64,000 nt of DNA, from NCBI GenBank assembly GCA_964016885.1, contig OZ024743.1, forward strand, positions 22,878,001 to 22,942,000. The letters are read 5' to 3'. Made by a program: the position numbers and the translations under genes. Shown one piece after another: positions 14,323 to 28,589 of this stretch (position 1 is the first letter of the stretch; the number at the start of each line of letters is the position of its first letter). The notes beneath the pieces were generated by a model. The model searched no databases, was not told the origin of the DNA, and was given only the letters and a program-made list of their open reading frames with translations. Source of the DNA: Eledone cirrhosa (taxonomy: Eukaryota).

Positions 14323-16280
14323 TTACCTTACTTCTCGTAGGGGAAGGACGGCTTTTCCATCCTTTTCACTGCTTGTGGCCTCCTCAGGAAGGATGTCCTT
14401 ATAAATCCTCCTGGAGAGTGCTTGTCGGAAGTTTCCGATGTCTTTGGGGAATTTTTGTTTTAGTGTCATGTACGTTTTCTGTGTGATGCGAGTGATTTGT
14501 ATGTGTGGAGGTGGTGTGAATTTTGGGGTTGTTGTGTAGTCTTTTTCTGTGATGCTGGTGTTGTGTTGGATGTAGTGTAATAATTGCTTGTTGTTCAAAT
14601 TTAATGCTGTGTAGTGTGTATCGTTTTGGTTGTTTTGTTTTGTTTGCGTTTGTTGTGGGTTTGTTTCTGTTTCGCATTTTGGTGACTTTTGTGGTGTAGG
14701 TGATGGTGGTGCTGGGGATAATGATGGTGATGGTGTTGGTGTTTGGGTTGATGGGGTTGGTGATGCTGGTGTGGATGGTGGCATATCTGTCCTAACTTTT
14801 TTGTTTCTTAGTTTATTTGTTTCCCTCTGTATTTTGTTTTTGGAGGGGGAAGGAAGAGAATTTTTTCTTTTTTGGTTTCTTTTTTTTCCGGATATCGTTT
14901 CCCACTCCTCGTCGTCACAATCTGTCTCCAGTTGTGATAGGCCGGGGAGTGGAAAATCCTCCACAGCCGTTAGTTTTGGTTGTGGTGTGGTGGATGGTGT
15001 AGGCGCTGGTGCTAGTTCTGAAGCGTTGGGTGGTGGTGGTGTTGGTTTTGCTGGTGGTGGTGGTGGTGTTGGTTTTGCTACTGTTGCTGGGGTTGTTGCT
15101 GTTATAGTTGCTTCTGTTGTTGCTGCTACAGTTGTTGCTGCCATCTCTGCTACTGGTGGTGTTGATGGTTTTGTCACTGGGGTGGGTAGGAGAGGTGGCC
15201 TCAACCTTTTAGCCTGAGGGCAGAAAGCCCTTAGGTGGGTTCCTTCACCACAAACGACACACCTAGGTCTTCTGCCCTCGACAATTACCGTGAGGTGGCT
15301 GCCGTCAGTGAGGTCTATTACCTCTGGGATCTCCTCAATGCTTTTTTGGTCCGCTTGGATCAGGAGCTCCATCCCAGATCCGGACCACTTTTCCTGCTTT
15401 TCTTTTGCTACTGCTATTATTTTCGTGTTGGCTTCGATGCCGGTGAGGACAGCCGCTATTAGCCAGGGAATTTCGATGGCCGGTGGAACGTGGGTCACCC
15501 TGATCTTTACGAGTCTCTGGCCACAATAGCTTGGGACGAGTGTGAGGTCGTCACTTTTTAATGGGACCATGGAGTGTTCTCTAGCCTCCTCTGGTGTTTC
15601 AAAGAACACATCCACGGTTCCATATTTTGCCCACGTCTGATGTGGGTTTTTCTTGCCCACACATGTCCCAAAGCTTTTTGGATTTGGGACTCGGATGCCC
15701 GTTCCACTCGGCGCGATTTTACATTTATTGTTCTATACGACACGGTGCACAGGCGCCGATGCTCCATTTTATTAGGTGGGGGGGGGGGGGTGAGGCTGAC
15801 CCTGTACCCATCTTTCTTTACCATTTGTTTGGCATTTTCTAAATCTTCTTGAGTTACCGTGAACGCTTCGAATTGTTTTGCTACGATGGCGAAACGGAGG
15901 GTCGGTTTTATAATGTCATTGTTGTTGTTGCTATCGTTAATATTAATTTTATTTTCAGTTGTGGTGGTTGTGACGTCAGTCGTCTTTGGTGGGGAAGAGT
16001 CCATTTTGCTTGATTTCATTTCGACGTCACGAGATAATTTATTTTTTTCTTCTTTTGTTTCTGTTGTCGCGGTGGTGGTGGTGGTGGAGGGTTTAACACC
16101 TGCAGTCATTGGTAATGGCGGGAAATGAATGTCTGCCTGAGACAAATTTAAAATATTGCTACTGCTTATATTTTTGTTTGTGTTGGCAAACGTAGTAACA
16201 TTTACAATGGTGGTGTCAGTGTGAGGTGTTATTTTGTGAGGAAGGCTTTCAGCTGCTTCGTGCAGAGGGGAATTAGCCAT
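14323..16280 (-). pseudogene. Tx1 copy 2 ORF1, one frameshift near 15620
   Basis: ORFs 15558-16280 and 14323-15660; knuckle CVVCGEGTHLRAFC. Confidence 0.85.
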
Positions 16281-16490
16281 TTTTTTCTCAAAGAAAATTT
16301 TGGATAATAATAAAAGTTAAAATTTTGGGCACAAGGCCCCAATCTTTTTGGGTGTCCTTTTCGGAAAACAATGTATGTGTGCTTATAAACAGTTTACAAT
16401 AAAATTTTCCATAAATGGCAATTTTTAAACAAACGGAAATAACAAACCTTTGCGGAGCTCACGATAATACGATTTCCTACGTAGGTCGCC

Positions 16491-16562
<72 letters not shown>

Positions 16563-16670
16563 AAAAAAAAGAAATATATATATATATATATATATATACA
16601 TACATACATATATACATACACACATACATACACATACACACACATATACAAACACACATACATTAATAAC

Positions 16671-16701
<31 letters not shown>

Positions 16702-16814
16702 GCAATAATAATAATAACGACAACAACAATAATAATATACATATTCATATATATATACACACACACGCACGCACATAAGCATATCTACACACACACACAC
16801 ACACACGATAGCAA

Positions 16815-19800
16815 CTAACAGTGCTGCGATCGAATGTGGCTTTTTAGCCCAGCCAATGATCTAAAATGTCTTGCACAGAGTCGGCAACCAAAACATTCAC
16901 TGGGAATAGTCGGCTGTGGTTGGAGTTCGTGTACTTTTGCATGTCGCTTGAGCCCTCCTGCTGATTTACATTCTCTACCACATGTTTGGCAAGCATGATG
17001 AGCAGCATCTCCAACAGCAGCCTGGTAGTCAACCACTGGTCTTACTTTATGACTGCGAAGATGACTTTCGAGTCCAGCTTTGCTTAGGCAGAGTCTCGCA
17101 CAGACGCTGCATGTCAGCACCATAGGAGGACCCTCGCCGTCTGGAAGTGCAACAGCAATGCCCTTCCTCACATCCCGCTTTACTTTCTCGTGTGCGATTC
17201 GAGATGCCTCAAAGGCAACTTTTCCCTCATATACAGTCTTTCTCCATTTATTACGATCAGCAGCAATATTTTCCCATGTATCAGCAGAGATGTTAGCGTC
17301 TTTCAGAGAGGCTTTCAAGGAATCCTTATACCTCTTTTTTGGTTTATGTGGCGGTCGTTTTCCTTTAACCAACTCTCCATAGAAGAGTTGTTTTGGTATT
17401 CTAGAATCCTTCATCCTGGCAAGGTGACCACTCCAACGGAGTCGTTGCTTAAGCACAAGAGCTTCTATACTGTCACACATAGAGCTTTCCAAAATCTCGA
17501 CATCACTGATGTGGTCCCTCCAGCGAACGCCGTGGATCCGTCTGAGACAATCTGATGGAAACGGTCCAATTGCTTAAGGTGGTGTCGATATGTGACCCAG
17601 GTCTCGCAGGCATAAAGAAGACAAGAGAGTACACATGCCATGTACACCTTTACCTTTGTCCTCCTGCATATGTCTCGCCGACCCCAGAGTCGCCTTTCTA
17701 GCTTTCCGAAAGCATCACTTGCTTTCCTAATCCTAAGTGAGATTTCACTGTCAAGGTTGCCGTATCGATTGACAGTGCTTCCCAGGTAGACAAACTGATC
17801 AACCACTCCAAGTCGTTTGCCATACACATAGATGTTTGGTTCAGTGTACTGCTTACTAGGGCAGATTGGTACATGACGACGGTTTTCTTGAGACTGACAG
17901 TCAAACCCAGGGCAGTGCAAGCGTCAGAAAATGCATTCAAAATGTGCTGCATATCACTCTCTGTGTGCGCTACAAGATCGCAATCATCTGCATACAAGAG
18001 GTCTCTTATGATTGATGTAAATACTTTTGTCTTCGCAGCAAAGCGCCTGATGTTAAATATGCTGCCTGAGGTTCGATATCGGATGTAAACACCATGCTCG
18101 CAATTCCTGAATGCAATACAGAAAACCATTGCAAAGTATATGGCAAACAGGGTCGGTGCTGGAATATCCCCCTGTTTCACTCCATTTTTTACTGAGATAG
18201 GCTCCGACATGTTACCTCCGACATTAACCCAAGCCTTCATGTCGTCATGGAAAGACCTAACTAAAGCAAGGAACTTATCAGGGCAACCAAGTTTCTGGAG
18301 AATCTTCCATAATGCATCTCTGTTGACAGTATCGAAAGCCTTTGTCAGATCGACAAAAACCTGATACAGATCCAAGCCTTGTTCAATGCACTTCTCCTGG
18401 AGCTGTCTGGCTGAGAAGATCATATCACTAGTGCCGCGTCCAGCACGAAAACCAGATTGACTTTCAGGAAGAACACAATCTGCAATGTGTGTCAGCAGAC
18501 GGTCCAGAAGCACCCTACATAAAACTTTCCCTACGACAGAAAGCAATGATATACCTCTGTAGTTCCCACAACCATTCCTGTTACCCTTTCCCTTGTACAA
18601 GACCACCATTACTGCATCTCTCCAGTCCTCAGGTACGGATTCATTAGCCCATATCCTTCCAAACAAAGAGTGAAGATGTTGCAGGAGTCTCTCACCACCA
18701 TATTGTAGGAGCTCAGCATGTATGCCATCCATACCTGGAGATCTTCCACTGTTCAGCTTCGAAATAGCCACTGCAACCTCCACAAGCGTCGGAGGTTCTG
18801 CGAGAGCTACTTTCACAGGACTTTCTGGAATGAGATTGAGGAAATCTTCACTGACGACAGACGGCTGATTCAAAAGATCATCAAAGTGCTCTCGCCACCT
18901 TCGTAGAATTCCCTGTGAGTCACGAAGAAGTTATTTGCCATCCTTGCTGCGAAGCGGTGTCACCAGAGAAGAAGACGGTCCATAAACCTCACGCAAGAGA
19001 CTGTACAACAGCTTTGTGTTATTGGAATCAGACGCGGTTTTTATCTCACCAGCCTTCTCACTCCACCACTGATCCTTCATCTGAGAAAGACTCCGCCTAA
19101 CACGTGATTTTACATCCCTGAGCTCCTCATGCAACGTATTCCTCTCCTGTGGTTTTGCCGTCAAGTAGCGTGACAGAGCCACGCCTCTTATCAGCCAACA
19201 AGTCTTCTATATGTACATCATTCTCATTAAACCAGTCCTGATGTTTTCTCTGCACCAATCCCAGAACACGCCTGCCTACATCATAAACCGACTTTTTAAG
19301 GGTCGGCCAATCCTCACCAAGATCTTCAGCCTGCATCTCTTCTTCCAATGTCCTCTTCACATTTTTATCCTTAAGACGAGCAGCATTCAATCTTTTGGGC
19401 AGGGTAACACCAGGAGCCCGGATTTTACGTTTGGTGATCAGTTTCACTTTTGCGCGTACCAGGCGGTGGTCCGTCCAGCACTCAGCTCCACGAAGAACAC
19501 GAACACACTGCACATCCTGTCTGTCACGCATCCTGACTAGGACGTAGTCCAAAAGATGCCATTCCTTAGATGCAGGATGCATCCATGTGGTCTTGAATTT
19601 GTTCTTTTGTTGGAACATGGTGTTGGTAACATACAGATCCAGCTCCTCACACATCTGCAGCAGGAGCATACCATTGCTGTTACACTTTCCCACCCCATGC
19701 CTTCCGATTACATGTGTTAAAATCCCTACCCACTCTAGCATTAAAGTCACCAAGCACGATGACTTTGTCTGCTTGAGGGATATTTCTTAGAACACCTTTC

Positions 19801-20383
19801 AAGGCATGGTAAAAGGACAGTTTTTCTTCATCGACAGAATTAGTTGGAGCATACACACTCACCAGGGAAGCATATCTTCCCTTGTCCAGCGGAACTCTCA
19901 TGGACATAAGACGCTCACTAATCCCTACTGGGAATTCTTCTAATTTATTCACAAGTACAGTCTTAACAGCAAATCCTACCCCAGCCTCTCTTCTGGTTCC
20001 TTCATCTCTTCCTTTCCAGAAGAATGTATATTCTCCACAAAATTCCGTAAGATGACCATCTCCAGCTAGCCTCGTCTCAGATAAAGCCACGATGTCAAGA
20101 TCGTAACGTCGAAGCTCCTTTGCAACAAGAGCGGTCCTTCGTTCAGGACGCTCCAAGGAATCCCTGTCAAGCAGCGTCCGTACGTTCCAGCAGCCAAGAC
20201 TAAATGCCTTGTTTGGCTCTATTACAATGGCACGATGACGAGCGGGCCCAGGCTGTGATAACTTGGGGCCCCTGCCCTTATTGCCAATGATCTTTTTTGT
20301 TCCAGAACCTAAATTGCCAATTATCTCTTTTACATTGTTCTGGAACATCATTGAATTGGAAGAAAAAAAAAAAAGTAATAATA

Positions 20384-20419
<36 letters not shown>

Positions 20420-20726
20420 GTACACTATTAATAATTATTAATGCACTCGTGCAATGCCTGTGCGTGACGAATATTTTTAAAGTGAGGAAAGACTGTGCAC
20501 TGAGCCAATCCCACTCTCTGAGCGACAGTAGCTATAACCCGAAAAGAAGAAAAGATCAACATCATCGGTAACTACTGAGCCGCAGGTTTTATATCGGAGT
20601 TAACCCAGTTTCCTGAGATGCCTTCTCCTAGAAGAATGCCCTGACAAGGGCTAGGGGTTCTTCACTCCCAGTGGTTTAACTGCGCGATCGGGCATCCAGC
20701 CCGATTATTTCTATGTCCCCGCGCGC
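16815..20726 (-). mobile_element. Near full-length RTE (BovB-like) non-LTR retrotransposon with three C-terminal C2H2 zinc fingers, frameshifted
   Basis: APE (LGCWNVRTL, LSETR, LGDFNARVG, TDH), RT (GVKQG, LLYADD), RLRWSGHLARM, then three CxxC...H fingers. RTE-type 5'-UTR motif at 20580-20670; (TG)n tail shortly after the stop. Confidence 0.9.
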
Positions 20727-21019
20727 AAAAAAAAAAAAAAAAAAAGAAACTCACTTATTGACACTTATACGTACGACATACACACACACGCATACATATG
20801 TGCGCACACAGCAACACATACATACAAACAAACACACACACACGCTAGTCTACTCACACGCACACACATATATATATATATATATTACCGTCATTACTGA
20901 TACAAGATTACAAGATTATGTCAACTGTTGACTTTCAAGAGTTTGTATAGTTGAAGCCGATCGTGCTACAGTCCAGTATTATTATAACTGCTTTACAGCA
21001 TAGAGTTATGGCTCTCCAC

Positions 21020-21127
21020 GCTCTGAGCTCAAATCCCGCCGAGATCAACCTTGCCCTTCATCCCCACGGAGTCAACAAAAGAGAGCACCAGTGATGCGCT
21101 GGATCCGTGCCAAAAGCAGAAAAATTA

Positions 21128-21158
<31 letters not shown>

Positions 21159-21845
21159 CATACATACATACATAAATGAATAAATATATATATATTCATA
21201 TACACTCACTCACAAATATATATTGACTGACTTGGTAGAGCGTTGAATAAAATAGCATTGTGGTATTTGTTCTGAGGTCACATCCTGCTGAGGTCAAAGG
21301 TTGCTTTACATTATTCTGGAGTTGATAAAACAACTGGAGTTATTTTAATCGACTCAACCTCTCCCCAAATATGCTGGCAATATTAACAAACACATCCAGG
21401 GTGGTGAATTTGCAACATTGATAAAGTACTGGATGAAGTGTCATTATGGTATTTCTTCTGGCTCTTTATATTCTGTTCTTATCCCACCAAGGTGATCTTT
21501 GCCTTTCATCCTTCTGGGGTTGAAAGGAAAATGAGCTAATTAAGTATTTCATTTAAGTACTTTGATTGATTTAATCAAAGTTGCCCTTCCCCTAAATCTG
21601 CTGTCTTTGTGCCTAATTAAAAATCAATACTGATATACACGGGGCGGTGGATTGGCGGCATTGGTGGAGCGTCGGAGAATATGCTTTAAGACATAGAGTT
21701 ACGGTCGTTTCCGATCTGAGTTCAAATCCTGCCGAGGTTAACTTTACCTTTCATACTTACGGGGTCGATAAAATAAACTAGAGTCGATTTAGTCGACTTT
21801 CTCCTTCCCCCAAATTGTTGGCCTTGAGTCTAAATAAGAAACCAA
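21020..21845 (+). mobile_element. Cluster of about four tRNA-derived SINE copies (Nin/Deu-like core)
   Basis: Repeated B box GAGTTCAAATCC followed by GCCGAGGTTAACTTTGCCTTTCATCC..GGGGTCGATAAAATAA; best copy 21641-21845. Confidence 0.75.
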
Positions 21846-22919
21846 CATCAATATACACAAATACGTAAGCAAAGGCAAGCGTACATGCAAAATAATATAC
21901 ACACACACCGCTAAACACAATACAGGGACAGGCATTCCCCCACATATACGACATAGACGCCCATATGTACACACCCATAGTTTCTCCTTCCCCACTTTCA
22001 TATACCACGTCGCCCCTATTCTCCTTCCTTTCTCATCTAATTCCTCACTCCTCTATCCATACACGAGGTTATTGGATTAATATTTTAATATTGCTCAGCC
22101 AGTTCTTAAGAAATAGCAGCCAAATTCCCTCCAATATACTCTTTATGTATGTATGAATGTATGGACCCGTACCTCCTGCTGGAATCGTGGGGATACCACA
22201 GTGACTTATATGACAGTCTTGGGCACTTTAAACTTGGCGGAGCTCATCCCCTACACAGGTCTGAACACAGCCGATGTTTTTTTCCGGAGGTGAGAGAGAG
22301 AGAGAGAGAGGAGTAAGAAATCAATATATAAAAAAATCTACCCTATATACCTATATATTCTTTCTTATCACAAACATTTCTCAACGTCCACTTCCCCATC
22401 CGTACTTTTTTTATTTGTAAATTTTAAAATACATATGTCTAAAATGTTTAAAAAATACAAACTTGGAGAGTGTATAATAATAAAGAATATGGTACTATGA
22501 TCGATTATTCCTCTATATCATTTTATCAAACTCAAAATGATGACTGACAAAGTGGACCTCGACGGGATTCACCGCCTCCAAATTGTTCTACCATCTTACC
22601 AAAAGTAAAGAATTACCGTATTGATCGATGTCGTCTTTGGGTTACGAAAGCATGATGTGACCATGACAGGAAGACTTTTGATCATAGGGATACTCAGTAA
22701 AGGCAAACCTGGGGTTAAATAACAACCACAACAAAAAGCCTCTAACATGAACAGTTGACCTGCTATAAACACCAAATTAATTTCCCTCAAATCGTGCATC
22801 TGCTATCTTGAAAACATTGCGCATTATATATATATATATATATATAGGGTCATAACTCGTACGTTGTTGCTCATTGGTCAATGATATCAGATCTATAGGC
22901 CAACAACACTTTCTCCATC

Positions 22920-23225
22920 GCAGCGACACTTTCTCCATTCGCAACCTGGTGCAGTCTGTGACTAACCCAGGTTTTGCTGCACGTCGGACTGAGGAGACTA
23001 AACTCTCCAAGTACCGCTCGCTCTCCGACAGGTTTGCTGTTGTACCTTTGGCAGTGGAGACTTCTGGTGTCCTCGGCCCTACGCTACCTCCCTACTCACC
23101 ACCATAGGCGCTGAGCTGGCCAGCCGCAGGTGTAAGCCTCGCGAGTTGGAATGGCTCTTCCAGCGCATCTCCCTTGCCGTCCTTCGGGGAAACGCCTTCT
23201 CCATTCTGTCCGCCGGGGCTGTGGG
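22920..23225 (+). mobile_element. 3' fragment of a CRE-clade RLE non-LTR retrotransposon
   Basis: Translates as ..EETKLSKYRSL..VVPLAVETSGVLGP / WLFQRISLAVLRGNAFSIL, typical of CRE C-termini. Confidence 0.75.
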
Positions 23226-23576
23226 GAGGCCAGCACGTGAGACCCCATTTGCTCACCATACAGAGAGATGGGGAGGGGCGAGAGAGATAGAGGCGATGGC
23301 AGTGGGAGTTCGGCTCTTCCACGTTCGGACCATATCTTTGTGGTTGTGTTCATTGTCTATAGAATTCATTCTTCTATCAACAACTACGAAACGATTGAAG
23401 GGAATTTGAAGTCCTGACACACATATAGGCTAAAGAAGAACAATCGGATATGATTGACCAGAATAGAGAGCAACTCGACTTATTAGAAATAGTGGATAAA
23501 TCCCTCAAACCACCTAAAAGAACATATTGATTAGCGTTGTCGGATTTCTCCCCCACTCACTTTCCACAATCATCTC

Positions 23577-23705
<129 letters not shown>

Positions 23706-24259
23706 CTTTTAACGTTTCCTCGTTTTCGAATATGCCAGCTTAGATTTTTCCTTGTTATTTAACCCCAGGTTTTTCTTGACTGAGTAGCGCTATGATCGAA
23801 GGTCAATCATCCCATGTTTTTGTATATTAAGGACCTCATCGTCTAATATGACATTTATTTTCATTTTTATATTGGAGGGAATTTAACTGCAGTTTCTAGT
23901 GAATAGATTGAGCGACAAAGACAATCTCTGCTTCTATTTCCTGAAGCTATGGAGTATTATCCACAACAACGACTTCTTTCCATAATTGCTTTCACTTTTT
24001 TCGGTCTTCAGTTAACTTTTATCATAGGTTACGTTGGATGTTCAATAAAATGCATGTTCGGAAAATCATTTTTAGTTGCATTAATTGGGAGATATACGTC
24101 TATCGGTTTAGAGTACAGGATCTTATTAACTAGAAGGACCCTCGATCATAGGAATGTCTGCACTGTCAAGTTCTGCTGACGATTTAATCCGTTATCTCCA
24201 CCCTTATATGCATTGTACAAATGGGAAATTTTATTATTATCATTATTATTAGACTAAAA

Positions 24260-25675
24260 AGGGTAATGATTTGGCAGTATCCGTAGAGCACCAAAAAATG
24301 TTCTAAGTTTACGACTTTCTACGTTCTGAGGTTAAATCACGCTGAGGTCCAATTTCATCTTTCCGGGTCGATAAAATAAAGTACTAGTTTAGTACAGGAG
24401 TTGATAAACACTACTTTTATCTTCTTCCAGTTAGGTGGCCTTGTGCCAATATTTGAGAAAAAATATTATTTCTAAACATTTGAAGACAGAAATCTTCTTT
24501 TTCGGCTAATTCCTTATCAACGACTTCAAGCACCACTTGATAAGGAAGACAAGGGAACAGATAATGAGATTGGTGTTGCCTTCTATTATATTTCAGGAAA
24601 GATAGGTAAGATCGGTGACTAGTGGGTCCATCTATTTCCGTTCTAAATTCAAACACCGTCGTGGTCAGCTTTGTATTTCCTCCTTCAGGAGTTGTTAAAA
24701 TAAAGTACCGACCAAATATTGGAGTCGTTATAATCGAATTTCCGTGCCCCCAACCCCTCCATTAACAATTAATGGCCTCCTGCCTCAATTAGAAATCATT
24801 TATGGCCGTAAATTAGCAGCATCGCTAGAGCGTTGGACAATCTGCTACGCATTATATAGTTACAGCCTTTAAGGTTCAGAGTTCAAATCTTTCATCCTTA
24901 TGGGGGTGATAAAATAAAGTACCAGTTACACAGTGGGGTCGACTTAATCAACTTTCCCCTCCCCTAATATTGTTTGCCGTGTGCCTAAATCAGAAGCCAT
25001 TATCATCACTATCATCACTATCATCATCATCATCAGCAGCAGCAGCAGCAGCATTATTATTATTATAGGACGGTGTATTTGCAAAGCTGGTATGGTGGAG
25101 GATAAAATAGTTTATATATCGAGTGAGGCACATTAGGTTTTGATATCAAATCTCATTGGAAATTAGTTACGAAGGAAAGATGAAAGTAAATATTGTAATG
25201 TATTAATAGGACGATAGTTTACTGTCTCTATTATTGCCTAAAACGAGAGTGTTGAATTACCAGTATCGGTAGAGCGTCGGGCAATATGCATTGTGGCAAA
25301 TAGTTACGACACTTTACGCTTTGAGTTCAATTCCCGCCATGGTTAGCTTTGCCTTTTTTCGTTACGGGGGTCGGTAAAATAAAGTACCAGTAATGCACTG
25401 GGTCGATTGCATCGACTTTCCCTTCGCCCAAAATTGCTGACCTTGCCCTAAATCAGAAACAATCATTTCCTAAAACGAGAGTGGTTAATTATCAGAATCA
25501 GTAGTACGTCGGACAAATTCTTGGCAGTATTTATTCCAGCACTAAATGTTCTAGATCAAATCATGCCGAGGTTAACTTTGCCATTCATCCTTCCTGGATT
25601 TATAAAACGAAGTAGCAGTTAAATACCCCCAACTGTAAACTAATGGCCTTATACTTACATTAGTAGCCATTATTT
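24260..25675 (+). mobile_element. Head-to-tail cluster of about five copies of the same SINE family
   Basis: Recurrent A box (TGGCAGTATC/AGCAGCATCG), B box, GATAAAATAAAGTACC core and GGCCTTGTGCC..TTAGAAA 3' end. Confidence 0.75.
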
Positions 25676-26039
25676 CCTAAAACACAGCTACAAATCTGTG
25701 TTCAAATTTGCGGTAAACATTAAGTTGAGTTTCTAGGTAGACAATATTAAACAGCATTGCATCAGTTCAATCAGTCAGCAACACACACCATATTTTATTG
25801 TCGTAGTGGAAAAGATGAAAGGAAATGATCACCCATTGGAAAATGCTTTCGACCACATAGAGTGAAGCAGACGACCATAACCACTCTATATTGTGAATTA
25901 AGGGGATTACGCATATAGGTAGTCTACGTAGAAAACGGAAAATAATCAATTGAACTGACCACCAGATATTTGTAATAATATGTAATATTTAATGGACTGT
26001 TGAACCACAATCGTGTCGATGTGCGTACGCTTGGAAGTG

Positions 26040-26460
26040 TCTTCTTCTTCTTCTTTTACAATTCATGAGAGGAAGAGCCACCTGACGCACTTTCCAGAGG
26101 TTCCTACTAGAAGCAGCCGTCTCCAAACGACTCGGCTTGAGCATCAAGTGAAACCAATCGAACGTACGGATGTTATCCAAGCATCTAGCTCGTAGTCTAC
26201 ACCTAGATCTCCTGCCGGTTGGCTTTGCCTGTAAAGCCTGTCAAGCGATTCTTTTCTTGGACATTCTAACTACATGTTAATAGTACTGAGCTGTGATTTC
26301 TCGATGTGGAGAAGTAGCGGCTCTATCTGAAACCACTCCATGTTCTCCGAGCTGCGCACCCTATCAAATAACGTTACACCAAAGACCATTCGGAGGAACC
26401 CCATTTTAGCCGCTTGTATTTGTGATTGTATTCTTTCGGTTATTTCCCAAGAGGCACGAA
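26040..26460 (-). mobile_element. 3' fragment of an RTE (Expander/Rex3-like) LINE with (GAA)n tail
   Basis: Minus translation HVVRMSKKRIA..QAKPTGRRSR..LDNI; resembles 50095-50665. Confidence 0.65.
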
Positions 26461-26509
26461 CACCTACCTAACTACTTCTGATGACTGAGTTCTGAGGCCC
26501 TTTCCATTC

Positions 26510-26625
26510 TGAGTTCAAATCCCGCCGAGGTTAACTTTGCCTTTCATCCTTATGGGTCGATAAAATAAAGTACCAGTAATGCACTGAGATAATTGTTGGC
26601 ATTGTGCCAACATTAGAAACATCAT
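26510..26625 (+). mobile_element. SINE copy (same family as 45705-45897), 5'-truncated
   Basis: CTGAGTTCAAATCCCGCCGAGGTTAACTTTGCCTTTCATCCTTATGGGTCGATAAAATAAAGTACCAGT. Confidence 0.8.
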
Positions 26626-27530
26626 TACACCAACTACAGCAATTCTTGCATTTAATTCAGCTTCATGCATGGGAAGTGTGTCTGTAAATATATGTTTCTG
26701 CATGTGTATATATATGTCAGCATATATGTAGGTATGTATCTGTTGATATGAAATTGCTTCTGAAAGTGCTACTTGATTCACTAGGTGAATATGTATACAG
26801 TTCTGTAGTGTATGTGAATACGTGTGTGAATGTGTATTTGTGGATAGTTGTAATGTAGTTAGTCACGGCAAGAATACGAGCTTCGTAAATTGCAGGCACT
26901 ATGGAAGAGCAGATATAAATGGCTCTAGAACCAACCATATATCGCAGACACGACAAGCCAGCAATATGTACACATATGCATTAAATTGATATTTTCATTC
27001 AGGTATATATTTGACTAATCCATCTTGGCCTTGTAACTAACAAGTTCGATTTGCATCGACGTGGTATTGGGTTCTATCTCGGAAAACTGTCTTCTACTAT
27101 AACATCGCTCTAGTGATGGGTGGTTTACGGAAATTGTCTGGAAAAACAGTATATATTTAAATTATACATACACACACATATATATATATATATGTGTGTG
27201 TGTGTGCATGTATGCATGTGTGTGTGCGCGGGTGGATGTGTGTGTGTGCGTGTGTGTAGACAGACTGATAAGTAAATATAGATATATCTCAATGTATGCG
27301 AGACATCAACGAGGAAAAATGATACATGGGAACGATACAGAACGATGAAGACATATATTATTTTAATGTTTGATATACTAACGTTTCGGGCGTTATTCCT
27401 TCATCAAACGATAGAATAGGGGATACAACAAAAGTAGAAAGATAGTCAATTCAAGAAGAACTGGAAAAATTATTTCTAAGCGAGGAAAATACAGCTATTT
27501 TGGGTAAGTGCATGCAATCACTCCCTCGCT

Positions 27531-27624
<94 letters not shown>

Positions 27625-27739
27625 GGATAAGATATTACTAGTTAAGAACATTAAGACCATTATTGAATTTAGTACTCTATTCTTAAGGAAATTAGATATT
27701 AATTACCCGACGGCTAAGCTAAAACGTTTAGATAGGCAA

Positions 27740-27815
<76 letters not shown>

Positions 27816-28329
27816 ACAGTCAACAAGGAAAAACAGCACAGAACATTTCATTACAGTGGCGATAAATAAATATATATGTGTGTGTGATCATTCAAATATA
27901 CTTATTCACATATGTGTATGCATGCATATACAAGTTCTGAATTTGAAATTGGAACAAGTACTAAATGTTACAGTAAAGCATTCAGTCAGGCAGCCTCCGA
28001 TCTCGACCAACACCACCACTCCTCCATTATTACGATAGTTATAGAAAGGTGACGCTTAAAGATAAATATTCAAGCTAGCAAGTTACCACTTAGTCAGGCA
28101 CCCAGGCATCTAGCCAACCAGGCAGTTACTCATTCATCTTGTCACTCACTTCTGTTGGCCAACCACCCGAAATAAGAACGAGGAAACGTCTTGTAGAGTT
28201 GGTATATAGAGTCGAAAACTGATAAAATTTCTATGAGAAAACAGGGAATGTGGAGTGTGGGCTCATAAAGATATGGATGTAAAATGCAAAGTACAAGATA
28301 AAACGATAGCATTGGGGGAAAATACAGAC

Positions 28330-28377
<48 letters not shown>

Positions 28378-28380
<3 letters not shown>

Positions 28381-28589
28381 AAAAAGTATGACCCCGACGG
28401 TAGAGCTCAAGCCGTTTCTACGGCTATTTCTGGACTAAATTAGAATTTTTAGCCTGGTGATTAGTCGGGGTTATACTTTTTCCTATATATATATATGTCG
28501 GGGTCATACTTTTTCCTATTTCCCACTCTACTACCCTAAGTATTGAGTACTCTGGTGCGTTATGGTCCATCTGGTTCCTTACCACAATT

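Larger units (their letters stand above)
10626..16490 (-). mobile_element. Full-length Tx1-clade non-LTR retrotransposon, copy 2
   Basis: Same 5' end (GGCGACCTACGTAG) and 3' end (AATAAAGAAAAC) as copy 1; flanked by (AAT)n. Confidence 0.93.

Noticed and set aside
1839-16128. Many + strand ORFs overlapping the Tx1 copies
   Set aside because: Antisense shadows of ORF1/ORF2 with no recognisable domains; repeated only because the element is repeated.
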